Below, in pieces: positions 12,301-19,853 of a DNA stretch of 64,000 nt. The notes beneath the pieces were generated by a model. That model saw only the letters and a program-made list of their open reading frames with translations. It made no database searches and was not told where the DNA came from. Origin of the DNA: a virus. Lineage: Duplodnaviria; Caudoviricetes. The number at the start of each line of letters is the position of its first letter. Position 1 is the first letter of the stretch. The translations under genes were made by a program, and so were the position numbers. The stretch spans positions 36,987 to 100,986 of IMG/VR virus record IMGVR_UViG_3300030376_005300; one strand, given 5' to 3'.

Positions 12301-15300
12301 ACTGTCTTTGGTATGTAACCGATGTCCAGCCTCACTCCATCATCCTTGTCGCCGTCTGCTAAGCCTTGCAAATGCGTTCCGCTGTCTACTGCTTCTGTAG
12401 AAACACCATCTAACAGCCCGAAGTCTTTTGCCACATTTGCTTCAAATAGACGACTGAGTGGTACTTTAGCGTCGGCCCGTACCTTGATGCGTATAGCCGT
12501 TGGACTCACTCCCCATTCTCCTAATGTACGACCGTCAGGTGCGAACATATCAGTGCAGTCAAATGAAGTTGCGTCAATGTTGTCTTGCGTACTATCTTCC
12601 GTATTGATAGCGTGAGCCACTGCCGCCGCAATCACTTCATCAGTCAAAAGACTGGTAAAGTTGATTCTTGGACTCATAAACCAATCACCGTTACTGTGGC
12701 TGGAAGAGCCCCCTATAACTCCAAAGAACTTGTGAGTGCCGCTGTAATTGTTATGCGTTCTGCTGGTATAGTAAAATGTCAACCCTTGGTGGTCACTACC
12801 GCCCGTGCCGTGCTTTGACAGTTGGAACATTCCGCTCTTTGGTAAACCAAGGTAGCCAAGGATGTCAGGGTGAGACTGCATCACGGCAGGTGCACTGGTG
12901 TCGTATGGTGCGTCCAGCGTCATCGTCATGGTGCCACTGGACAGTGATGTAGCGACTTTGACCCCAACGATTGGAGACGGGTAGGTGTTCCAAAGGTTTC
13001 CTTTGAACTTCTTGGCACTGCCTCCAGTCTTTTCGCCGCAAACTTCACCTGTTCCGACAATGTGCCGACCTATGGTGAATCCACCTTGACCTACATCTCG
13101 GTCGTCAAAGTGAACGATGACCTCTTCGTCCAGTGTTGGAGGCAGATAGGTGTTTTCGCCTGAAAAGGACTTGCCAAATTGCTTGTACAGTAGGCGAATG
13201 GTGTGGTTGTTTCCTCGGTGGTCTTCAAATCTTAACCCGTACAATGGGCGATTGCCGATGTTCTCCGCTAACATGTCTGCTTTCGGAATGTATCCGTCAT
13301 CGCTACTTTCTGTCGTTAAAGTCATGAGGTCAGCGGCATTGGACGCGTTGCCGTACCTCGTGGCGTTGGCCGTACCGTCGTTGGTGTAACCCCACTTACT
13401 CAAATCAGGCGACCAACCGGGTATGCCAGCCATGGTCATTCCGCCAAAGTTGATTCTTGACTTGGCTTTCGTACCCACTCTTAATCCATCAACGAGAACA
13501 GAAGCAGGGCTTTTGGTTTCAAACGACTCATTGAGAAGCGTATTGCTGATTCTTCCCGAAGCAAGTTCTCTGTTAGCGAAGGACATATTTCCGTTACTGT
13601 CAACCGTATCAGCGCCAAAGTTGATGTTGTTCGTGACTTCATCGTCTACATTTTCAGGCGGCAGATACTCCTTAAGTGTCGTGATAGGAGCAAATGGTCT
13701 ACCGAATCTGTTGATAGGCATAGGGGCAGGGTGCATGTTTTCACCACTGATTTCGTCAGGCTGACACCAGTAGTTTCGGAATCGCCCACCATGCCCGATA
13801 AGGTACTGTGGTCGGTATGGCATTTGCGCCCGACTGGCGTCAAGCCAAGCGCAGAAATTGCGACCGCTTGCTCCGGGGATTGTGGAATGTATAATGATTG
13901 AATATCCAGCACTGGTGCCCTCTACGACTCTACCTAAGTGAGCGCGAACATACCCCATGTGAGTGCCTCGGTCATGACTGGCAAAGGCTTTCTTCACTTC
14001 CCAAAACGGAGCAGGGTCATGAGTTGAGGCAGTGGCGGCAAAGTCAGCCTTTTGATGGACAGTTGCAGGGTCAAAGTTATCGTTCTTACCAAGAAACTGG
14101 TCATTAGGTCGCCGAGCATGGGTTTTGCCGTTCTTAGCACCTGCTTGGTTGATGAGGCGGACAACTTCTCTTGCCGCCGATTCAATGTTATCTACTCCTT
14201 CTCGGATGGCCACTTCTCCTAAATCAACAGTGAGGCGACGAACAAAGTCCATCTTTGTCCAATGGTCAAGATTCTTCATTCTCGCATCATCAAGAGCAAG
14301 AGTGCTATTGCGTATACCTTTCATAGCCAAAAAGGCCGGAATGATACGAGTACCGTCGGGCGTGTCAAAGAAAGTAGAACGCTCTCGTGTAGATGCTTCA
14401 ATCTCTTGATGCTTAATGAGAGCATCTCTGCCAATCGCTACAGCGTGATTTGTTCTCGTTGAATAACCATCAGTTGCAGTATTATCAACACCGCCAACAT
14501 GGTGCTTACTTATTCCACCTGCCACGCTCTGATTGTGACTGGAACTGTGAGCGTAAGCCGATTCAATGAAATCGGATTTAACAGTAGTGTTGAGGTTTTT
14601 GTTTTGACTTAGGAAACCAGCGGCGACATCCAGCGGAGAGCCGCTATCAGTGCTGTTGTCTATGACTCCTGTTTTCAAACCGGATTGATTTCCAATCGTA
14701 GCGGCGGCAGGGCTGGATTGGACTTGCATGTGGATGTCTTGAAAAGCAATGAACTCACGGTCGTTTTCTACATCGTACAACAGCACTCGCACAAAGCCTT
14801 CGGTGCACTGGTAAGGGTCAAGATAAGCAACGACAGGTGGTGTTTCATCCAAACCAAGAGTGTCATAATTGACCTCAACTGTTTTGTTAATGTGCTGAAC
14901 AAGATTCTGTGCCGTTTCAATACAACTGTCACCGATGAGAAAGTTTTCCATTGGAATACTGTCTCTTGGACTGGCGTTAAAACTACCAACTCCACCGTTG
15001 AAACCTTTCCATACCTCCGCTTCGTTGAGCGTACCCCGACTTTTGCAGAACATCCCTTCAATTGCGTGAGGGTTGGTGTAGTGCATGTTCATCCACACCG
15101 TGTCACCTTGCCGTAGCCCTCCAACACAGAAGGGATGAGCCCACGCTCTGTTGAGGAATGTTTCTTTGACTTTCGGGAAGGTGCCGGAAGCAGTGGCGTG
15201 CAAGTCTTCAATGTAGACTTCATCGCCTACGGATGGAGTGAAGCCCGAATCTGAACTGGATATGGTGAGTGTGTTACTTGTTCGCCCGGTGTAAAAACCT

Positions 15301-18300
15301 CTGAATACCGTGCCACTTGCATTTCGCCACGCCACCCTGAACTTGTAATCGCTATCAGGGCTGTCTTTTGGAAAGAGACTGGCATCGTCCAGTGTGATAG
15401 ATGTGGCAGGACTACCAGTTACTGAGACAACCTTGGCTCTTGGTCGTTTGGATTTGATTTTCGGCAAGTGAGGGTTGTTCCTTGGACCTGCGCGCAGTTC
15501 AATTGCACTGACATACTGCTTTAGTCCGTAATCTGTGTTGCCGCCTTGTGTCATAACATTTGAACGGTCAAAGTAGAATGAACGGCGATTTTCGTAACCT
15601 GCACTGATAAGACTTGGGTTGTCAGCGATACCGCTGTAGTTCATGTCTTGGTAGCCGGATGTTGGAAGAATGAATGCGCCGACTTTGAGGTCTCGGAAGA
15701 AATTTTCACTTGTGATGAAATCATCACCGGCCGAGCCCGCAACTGTAAGGAAGTTGTTCGTGGTGTCTCGTGCGGAATAGATAATCCACTCTCCGCTGGC
15801 TAAAAATGCTCGCCGGTACCTTGCACTGCCACCAAGTCCTGCGACTGAAACAGGAGGCGCTGAGGGTATAGGGAATAGACTTGCATCTTCAACATAAATC
15901 TTATGACCGCTGGTAGTGTAAGGCTGAGTAACCTTTGTCCCGCTACGGTGAGTATCGTTTTGAATAGCATAAGAGAAAGGACCGAAAATCTCAGGGTCTT
16001 GTGGAGACACTGACGATACTCTTCTACCAACAGGACTTGGAGCCCAAGAATGAGCGGTATGAGTAGCGTCAATGTGTATTTTCATAGCGTTGTCCGGGCC
16101 AACCAAATCGTTGAAAAATTGGTCATGGAATAATGGGATTTCAACAAGAGCGCGTGTGCTGGCATATTGCGTACCTAACTGATAGTCGTGCTGTACCGTG
16201 TCCAGTGTTTGGAACAAGCGGTCGTTGATGGTCGTACCGTCGTTGCACATCGTTTCTTGACTGAACTTGTCGTCTACATGTAGAACTCTACCTGCCGTAA
16301 TGCCAGTGGCAGTAATCCAAGCCGCCAGTGAGTCTGCCTCGGTACCGTCTGCAAGTACAAACTTACCCGTACCCTCGTGACCAGTGCCGGATGCAAAAGT
16401 AAAGGTATCACCTGTTTTGCTGGTGTATTCAGCCTTAGCAAACTTGATGCTTTCACCTTCGTTGCTGACAACCTCAAGGTATACCGTACCGACCTTTGGA
16501 AAGCAGTATGTACCCCACGATTGCAAATCGGTTGCTCTATTGTTTAGCGGACTAACAACTACAGTGGTACTTGTCGTACTATCCACTCGTGTTTGGCAGT
16601 CGTGACGAGTATTCCAAGCCAAACGAGCAAGGGGACTCGGGTCATAAGTCTCTTTGGTGTTAATTGCACCTTGTCCGACGCCACCAAGCGTCATAGTGAC
16701 AACAGGTGCACCGGGCATGATTTCTTTGACAATATGACTGTCAGGTGCGGCGGAACCCTTGATGTAGACACTGGACGAAGCGAGGTCGCTGGATATACCA
16801 TGTGCCGTTAAGACAGAGTTCCCATCGGTACCGTCTGCAAACGACAGCACTCTACCTTTAGCGACAAGGCTCTCAATTGATATGAAATTGGCTCTGTCCG
16901 AACTGTCAGACATTTTGCTGAGAATGTTCAAGCGGTTTCGGTCGCTTGGCTGAACGACAAGAGAGGTTATACCACTCACAGAAGTATGCTCAATGATGTC
17001 AAAGTACTCGTTGACACAGGTACTTTGATTTGTCGTACCGAGCCCAAAGACCTGTGGCTGATTAAACAGTTCGTCATTGTCAACGACGGCGGCGGTAGTT
17101 CCTCCTCCCACTGTGACGCTGGTCGTCGTGACTGCTGTGATAGCACCGAGGTCCGTACCATCTGCTTTGTAGAGGCGGTCTCCTGCTTCAAAGAAAGTAG
17201 TGGCATCCGCTCCGTCCACTGTCATAGCACCAGTGGTACTGGCGGCATAGCCTGAACCATTGTTGACAAGTATTCCAGTTCTTGGCCTGTTACCGTTGAA
17301 GGCAAGTTGGGTTGTAGCACCCGCTAATTCTTCAACATCGGCCACCTCGCTCTTGTTACTCCTGACAAGTACTCTATGAAACACAGATTTGCGAGTGGAC
17401 AGTTCGCTGGTTGCAAGAGCGATGGCTTGTGGAGTCGTAGAGGTCGGGTCAGTAGAAGTAAGTGGTAAGTAGTTTTCAGGACACAGGTCAAGGTTCAGCA
17501 ACTTTTCTGCAACTAAGCCCTCTGCATTATCGCCTTCCAAATCACCATCGGATAAGCCGAGCATGCTCGGAGTTTCAAAGTCAATGACACCGCCGGGAGA
17601 AAAGACGGTGAGTGGGTTAATCGCCATAGAGTCGTGAATCAAATCAAGAATAGAGTAGGACCCTGTGAGAATTGTACTGACGCTGGGCAATGACTTTTCA
17701 ACCAATAGTTTAGGAGACAAGTCTACTTTCTGTACAATGGCTCCAGTCGTGGCGGCGGTTGCAAACGCTGATGCAACAGCGGCAGAAAAGGTAAGCGTCT
17801 TGGCACTGTAGTTGATGGTTGCGAACACTTGACTATTGGTCGTGGCAGAAGTGTTTCCAATGCGTATATCCATACCCAGTATCGTTTGCCCGTCATGACC
17901 GAACGACTTGATGCTTTGAAGTGTAAGCACTTTGTTACTACCACTGATATTTCCGGTCAAGCGACTTGTGGCACCGACTGAAAATTCAGTACCTTCGTAA
18001 TCAAGGGCGTTGTAATGAAGTTGTACAAACGGAGCATAGCCGTATGCTGAAAGTGCAGGTAGTGAAAGAGTGGCTATGCGACTTTCTGTGGAAGGAATAG
18101 CGTGACGAGTGTTGCTGGTCTCTTCATGAGAAGGTACTGATTTGAGAAGGAATGGCACAGGATTGAAGCCTTCTCCACCAATGGCCAATAACTCACGCTT
18201 GGAATCGGCAATGTCAGACATACCGTTCTCAACCAAAGAAGAGACTACACTGGATGATGTGACACTTTGCACTTTGATGGGTGAGTGTATATCATAACTG

Positions 18301-19853
18301 GAGATGATGCTGTTGATGGGTACAGTGGAGCGAATCTCGGAAAACTGCGAAGGGAACACTGCCGTAATGATGTCACTGCTCATGTCCAACTTTTTGTCAA
18401 CGCTATGTTGACTGGTAGGAGGGAGCAGGCCCATAAACGAATGACTGGTGACATGGTTGAGCGCGTGGCGACCACAATGTCCAGCAAGTAAGTCGGAACC
18501 CATGTTGGTCGTGCTGGCAGAGAACTTGTTGTACTCGTGGCTGTCAACGGCCATACTCTGCGAAAAAACAACCCCGTGATTTTCATAATCACTCTCGTCA
18601 ATGCAGACCTGCCCCTGTCGCTGAGAAAATTGCGTACCACTTCCATACGGTTGGAACTCATTTCCTTTACCTGTGTCAACGATACAATCACCTGTGATGA
18701 TGACGAAGCGCCCTGCATCGTGAGCCATTAACGCTCCTCGGCGTCCAGTGGAAGCGTTGGCTTCAAAGTCAAGGTGAATGGACTCAACGACGATAGTGCC
18801 CGCACTTGCGTCAACGGACATCAGTCTCATGCGTTCGGGTGCCTTGTTTGTCGGCTTACCTGTCGTTTGACTGAAACCCAGCGGATTGACAAGGATGTTA
18901 TATGGCACTTTGGGAATCGTTGCTGTACTGGTAGACGACACAGCGTGTACCGTAACAGAGTATGCTCCGGCACTCCACGGGCTCGTTGTGAAGTCAGCCG
19001 AGGTCAAACCACTCTGTCCTGTCAATTCGTCAACAAGTGCTTGCGCCGCCGTTGCACCTATGTTGATAGTAGAACTGACACCAGTTGACGCTGATATGGA
19101 CGGTGTAGTGGTGATGAGGCTGATGGGTTCAATAGGTTCTTCAAATCGCCAAAGACCAAGCGTGTTGTCGCTTTTGACAGGAGCATACTGTTGGTAGCCT
19201 GATGGTAGTGCTCCTTTTGACCAGTGAATTGATTCAAGTGTACCTCGGAAGTCGCCACCTCTGCCGCCCAAGTAAATGTGATTTTGTTGAGTGACAAGTT
19301 CGTGAGGCTCTTCTAAAGTCTGAGAGACAGCCAAATCTCCGTTGACAAAGAGACTAATGACGCGTCGGTCAAACATGACTGTCACATTGAGTAGTTCACG
19401 ATGGCCTGAGTTGAAGGCAGTGACATCGTCTTTACCTGCATCAGTCGCTAAGTAACTGTCGTGGACTTCATTGACTGCGGGGTACAACACGCCGTCCCAG
19501 TAGGCAACCCTTCCGTTGGCTTTGGTCACCGGTTTTGCTGTAGACAAAGAGTAGACTGCTTCTCTACCACTGGCAGGGTTTTGCAGACGCACTTCAAAGG
19601 TCGCAGGAGCAGGACTGCTGGGACTGCCGACCGTCAAGCGCATGACATTCTCTTGCTCAAAAACAACACCGCCACAGTCGGGAATGAACCATGTCTCCAG
19701 CGTAAACGCATTGAGTGCCGCTGGCAACGCTTGCCTGCCTTCGTCTTGAATGCCGTGAATTTTTTTGCTGTTCACAGGAACGAGAACGCTATCACTGATA
19801 CCGTTGAACTTGAGTCCAAATCCGGGTTCAGTTAGTAGACTCATATCAGACAC
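3384..19853 (-). CDS. Giant tail-associated adhesin/structural protein, 5489 aa, with N-terminal LamG/ConA-like domain and internal beta-propeller-like insert
   Basis: Uninterrupted 16.5-kb ORF; N-terminal LamG signature (LKFNG, FTLETW, LFVNG, IYLGG, FRGTLESI, LWRFEE); F-x-x-D-G...LSTPFDI repeats near 5520-6360. Confidence 0.75.
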   Translation of the reverse strand: MSDMSLLTEPGFGLKFNGISDSVLVPVNSKKIHGIQDEGRQALPAALNAFTLETWFIPDCGGVVFEQENVMRLTVGSPSSPAPATFEVRLQNPASGREAVYSLSTAKPVTKANGRVAYWDGVLYPAVNEVHDSYLATDAGKDDVTAFNSGHRELLNVTVMFDRRVISLFVNGDLAVSQTLEEPHELVTQQNHIYLGGRGGDFRGTLESIHWSKGALPSGYQQYAPVKSDNTLGLWRFEEPIEPISLITTTPSISASTGVSSTINIGATAAQALVDELTGQSGLTSADFTTSPWSAGAYSVTVHAVSSTSTATIPKVPYNILVNPLGFSQTTGKPTNKAPERMRLMSVDASAGTIVVESIHLDFEANASTGRRGALMAHDAGRFVIITGDCIVDTGKGNEFQPYGSGTQFSQRQGQVCIDESDYENHGVVFSQSMAVDSHEYNKFSASTTNMGSDLLAGHCGRHALNHVTSHSFMGLLPPTSQHSVDKKLDMSSDIITAVFPSQFSEIRSTVPINSIISSYDIHSPIKVQSVTSSSVVSSLVENGMSDIADSKRELLAIGGEGFNPVPFLLKSVPSHEETSNTRHAIPSTESRIATLSLPALSAYGYAPFVQLHYNALDYEGTEFSVGATSRLTGNISGSNKVLTLQSIKSFGHDGQTILGMDIRIGNTSATTNSQVFATINYSAKTLTFSAAVASAFATAATTGAIVQKVDLSPKLLVEKSLPSVSTILTGSYSILDLIHDSMAINPLTVFSPGGVIDFETPSMLGLSDGDLEGDNAEGLVAEKLLNLDLCPENYLPLTSTDPTSTTPQAIALATSELSTRKSVFHRVLVRSNKSEVADVEELAGATTQLAFNGNRPRTGILVNNGSGYAASTTGAMTVDGADATTFFEAGDRLYKADGTDLGAITAVTTTSVTVGGGTTAAVVDNDELFNQPQVFGLGTTNQSTCVNEYFDIIEHTSVSGITSLVVQPSDRNRLNILSKMSDSSDRANFISIESLVAKGRVLSFADGTDGNSVLTAHGISSDLASSSVYIKGSAAPDSHIVKEIMPGAPVVTMTLGGVGQGAINTKETYDPSPLARLAWNTRHDCQTRVDSTTSTTVVVSPLNNRATDLQSWGTYCFPKVGTVYLEVVSNEGESIKFAKAEYTSKTGDTFTFASGTGHEGTGKFVLADGTEADSLAAWITATGITAGRVLHVDDKFSQETMCNDGTTINDRLFQTLDTVQHDYQLGTQYASTRALVEIPLFHDQFFNDLVGPDNAMKIHIDATHTAHSWAPSPVGRRVSSVSPQDPEIFGPFSYAIQNDTHRSGTKVTQPYTTSGHKIYVEDASLFPIPSAPPVSVAGLGGSARYRRAFLASGEWIIYSARDTTNNFLTVAGSAGDDFITSENFFRDLKVGAFILPTSGYQDMNYSGIADNPSLISAGYENRRSFYFDRSNVMTQGGNTDYGLKQYVSAIELRAGPRNNPHLPKIKSKRPRAKVVSVTGSPATSITLDDASLFPKDSPDSDYKFRVAWRNASGTVFRGFYTGRTSNTLTISSSDSGFTPSVGDEVYIEDLHATASGTFPKVKETFLNRAWAHPFCVGGLRQGDTVWMNMHYTNPHAIEGMFCKSRGTLNEAEVWKGFNGGVGSFNASPRDSIPMENFLIGDSCIETAQNLVQHINKTVEVNYDTLGLDETPPVVAYLDPYQCTEGFVRVLLYDVENDREFIAFQDIHMQVQSSPAAATIGNQSGLKTGVIDNSTDSGSPLDVAAGFLSQNKNLNTTVKSDFIESAYAHSSSHNQSVAGGISKHHVGGVDNTATDGYSTRTNHAVAIGRDALIKHQEIEASTRERSTFFDTPDGTRIIPAFLAMKGIRNSTLALDDARMKNLDHWTKMDFVRRLTVDLGEVAIREGVDNIESAAREVVRLINQAGAKNGKTHARRPNDQFLGKNDNFDPATVHQKADFAATASTHDPAPFWEVKKAFASHDRGTHMGYVRAHLGRVVEGTSAGYSIIIHSTIPGASGRNFCAWLDASRAQMPYRPQYLIGHGGRFRNYWCQPDEISGENMHPAPMPINRFGRPFAPITTLKEYLPPENVDDEVTNNINFGADTVDSNGNMSFANRELASGRISNTLLNESFETKSPASVLVDGLRVGTKAKSRINFGGMTMAGIPGWSPDLSKWGYTNDGTANATRYGNASNAADLMTLTTESSDDGYIPKADMLAENIGNRPLYGLRFEDHRGNNHTIRLLYKQFGKSFSGENTYLPPTLDEEVIVHFDDRDVGQGGFTIGRHIVGTGEVCGEKTGGSAKKFKGNLWNTYPSPIVGVKVATSLSSGTMTMTLDAPYDTSAPAVMQSHPDILGYLGLPKSGMFQLSKHGTGGSDHQGLTFYYTSRTHNNYSGTHKFFGVIGGSSSHSNGDWFMSPRINFTSLLTDEVIAAAVAHAINTEDSTQDNIDATSFDCTDMFAPDGRTLGEWGVSPTAIRIKVRADAKVPLSRLFEANVAKDFGLLDGVSTEAVDSGTHLQGLADGDKDDGVRLDIGYIPKTVLHISTKYRGTNANTATPVLVDSQNNTVDIIDWQKNLRGENFTDIAGDHIIPRVDSPCVEVHSFSDPDISVATNESWALLGKPASDTANSWGEPFIVWHSSNAWARVRSKAGVADPEEVVTIESKSTNPVAFPNPAGGDILWKRNSTYRDFSQIDGVRIAGSKNSSPFLYFRGGRDSPDHYVPLYFGGGFSGVVTDINDGTQNDYSDFYTHPYANGPTGSAGFQNVGEIAGSFALLDTNAMMAMFPGTVYLDQHKGQNHPPFFNQDAILPFDMTKGANSKVTGLDYTDGSNSVHANVPSPVILRFAHAHARYRHDGSTGDATTYMIFGPGQAFPHNTATTEPQGANIVTAGNGYSAVPIYLGGNTAKDSFLPNQLANGDTTEHSGFNRGGALAYLPMTTFFQKNNVQGFNYVMNWQPTKGFPNVNASSSRTYSQTKSMAFFYEGTAGAITGLPKNYHPFSHVFDDISGNAVGSGSHATTRKSSVVWHMDGGYHPGGHFLDDHVRKNPKNHAASAFLSTGSGAKHNTSAFRPAGLLAKAYLTYYGGSPDNQILDDNVVVVDATRCQNAEELGAVLSGAINTFPGKDPLKAIGGTFMPSMQNAHKQDRYGWVELEVNQYTAENSGTPASLRVTSTATTLPDYGWLRVSDGANAGFAPYISQSISAPNTTFTLAKNAITSNTNIVNPQTRSAITPDTSFKAYVWAKAGTHRFNNAASGTGRDHMTQVHFGGFQDAVDRTKPVGAVGWHGEAYSYLNSYEATNDIGANLHPAGLGAWHPFLGFNPYGAAETCVGGSSPASKLTGESAVVSFYEDYCVDGLASRHLVAITHESELPLIAKADKNGVSGMGDWLHVGQTGNIEHAGTVAWDTGKVHNKDRYVGTATAGPHVEAQVHTGFSLPTTSSDYPAVGSAPTDAQLHRTIQSGDMVRANACNYPTGDLFWDESVVKNSAFHEDRGTYGVECIGISDQYDYLDIAATPYKGLYNYYNERSAARNFLPEHVVWKRMDGGSVTMPAVNARGLGMIPWTKRKDNSEYKLVGEKILGNNRFSFETTNAAMFPIIQAQELAHPQLAEQHPLEIRNALLIPNEHIQFQSVSVIDDTGQEHRLEGGSPLGTVIMDFRHISDRDIEGLAPALAGAGVNPNLKIRLPNPDEIPGNIVVRSGFDRLQAYQNETVGSGGLQHPAQASAQLQSMFGNLQPGPRLFPTWENNGWEHLSQDASDISSDTSHSRLKFPASTSEGWADHTDNAPLDSAYEPHDRSLFFHVTRMGVSMTHRYDVDELNYTSYSGTEITVGSTPEAATWTDSNEQSGGRYFLRVYDPATDKGVIASYTGIGTNKFTGVVYSPDFVSFVTGKTGLKVVPSYYMPAGSTRLFAARRLRDHAEYSGASPDMKSIDWFTLYSNLPANTGAMAATSTAYTNLTKPKMTPMPIPRMGHHHVNATMALMPGHYAHPAYQRLYDLNTACQSSNHKSVDTGLIGPLEGTRTSTTSTLQNNGYGRGPLIWFSTPSAPFGPSDIHGGGFTLLTETKVKYEGYGIAASAGSNAGTINSQGGHTLVLEAANTYTLNNHFPDPLEVGAYQIIIQPNVFKQQLQGFHLNHSTENKAPSEGGTKVTELTGQQVNTVIAIEKDMSTRGAYALILAEAMMADVRGCEVILNEVILDIEPDAGSQFTNLAPLALYNPLGVQESTSPSLTRRSLPYRPGMFESSTPGRTLTIPWWGILHKDGATSSSADKFKHLEWHKPDNYYQLCRANYGSVGAQLTLAGYPTSFLDIYEPHKRVRSLNPNCIVISDNDSNTIVVDDNALFPVQPYYGENLVYFKNGIRYTATYTNRTGTLAHATLGESDTFSGVSGTAEFWANLGAGTILRLTTPYDNDDADSLFLSSESSAMTRNLPQLANGSRDTNSLQAADAFLCMWHPNLGRPFTWYSDDNSRGFYANTGVADAPVNQKPYNHVPEHFETVHYHDFNYVASKGPFALGMEWIAPAVDNSYTLSELSSNAVTSAGTDPLVELMISPTKMILTTEPGSGEKLKAYTFDQNSLPDFTATPDELSVNNQSPRGNCFGDGGNSVYIVGQASPYLQRKTLSTPFDITSVSATTTLNIVSFGATQGIAFNDDGSVMYIVTSAGADVKVSTLSTNYDITSSISTSTVSLAVSDDDGDTIEQMTCIRFKPGGTKVFISYYAGSSPKLAEFALSTPFDMTTKSFVSSVNIGTVLGQRIDGGSTVNASIAGFDWNSDGTKLYACSIHTDKDINQVRVAEYVAEASDTGKVYTAAEIDALLDGAGTLSHQGGTLGSNKYNFFGFWGGGSHGGGAVSRLESYGHSLIGWGSDTFGMDCETYQDSTGVATLSLPNDRNRCFGYRMGVRQLYNRPRWSPYVRGWLEVANSNAMLGYYHGPLIQHDSKTNGWDYVGSDSGESDEDIVAMNIGILERITQVSSLLGQDQIGRQVRYSDGRRMTGPFGCPVRTLRNASTTTRMYPNDEAGQGVEELAKAHRHYMVDWWGNTRGEDVRRFPVRGFGLRPSWDPEDAYADTNVTHRPAAHDLFGGDGTDRYSGNTNSDNNNASNMSKVDWFNPASALRVGDRGDGRGVRWPTVFNESLLMAVSEKHDATGLVLSHSTAEPILGQGLVRPSNLALQDGEVERGISDRVDLNADDGLLKSSAHVGEATETVNADDRGAEPVSRNDVRIGLDVDTLAELNDGVSREYVVMSTEAHSLHTDKEVGQRTNIRGAYDVGSRTLKDLDMTALNWSDKPVTGVVKHSNAHAMWALGGTYIMEWSKHAGVLDVKGWGKAGASSSSNPYQDANHDPALENINYADSTIQFVYRPAHGLDHKHSQMFRAFLNTGGPQTGSNFYRATSGGKYGMFTSDVPSARTGTPSSPPYAPVYSVVPTSSTTVPDSQGPKIQGVEVSGYDKADVRSPVARMVMSENTLEHFRSDASRRSTDDEEGDYEVQPRFSQTLHPKGSKGDASYNTGDHSGE

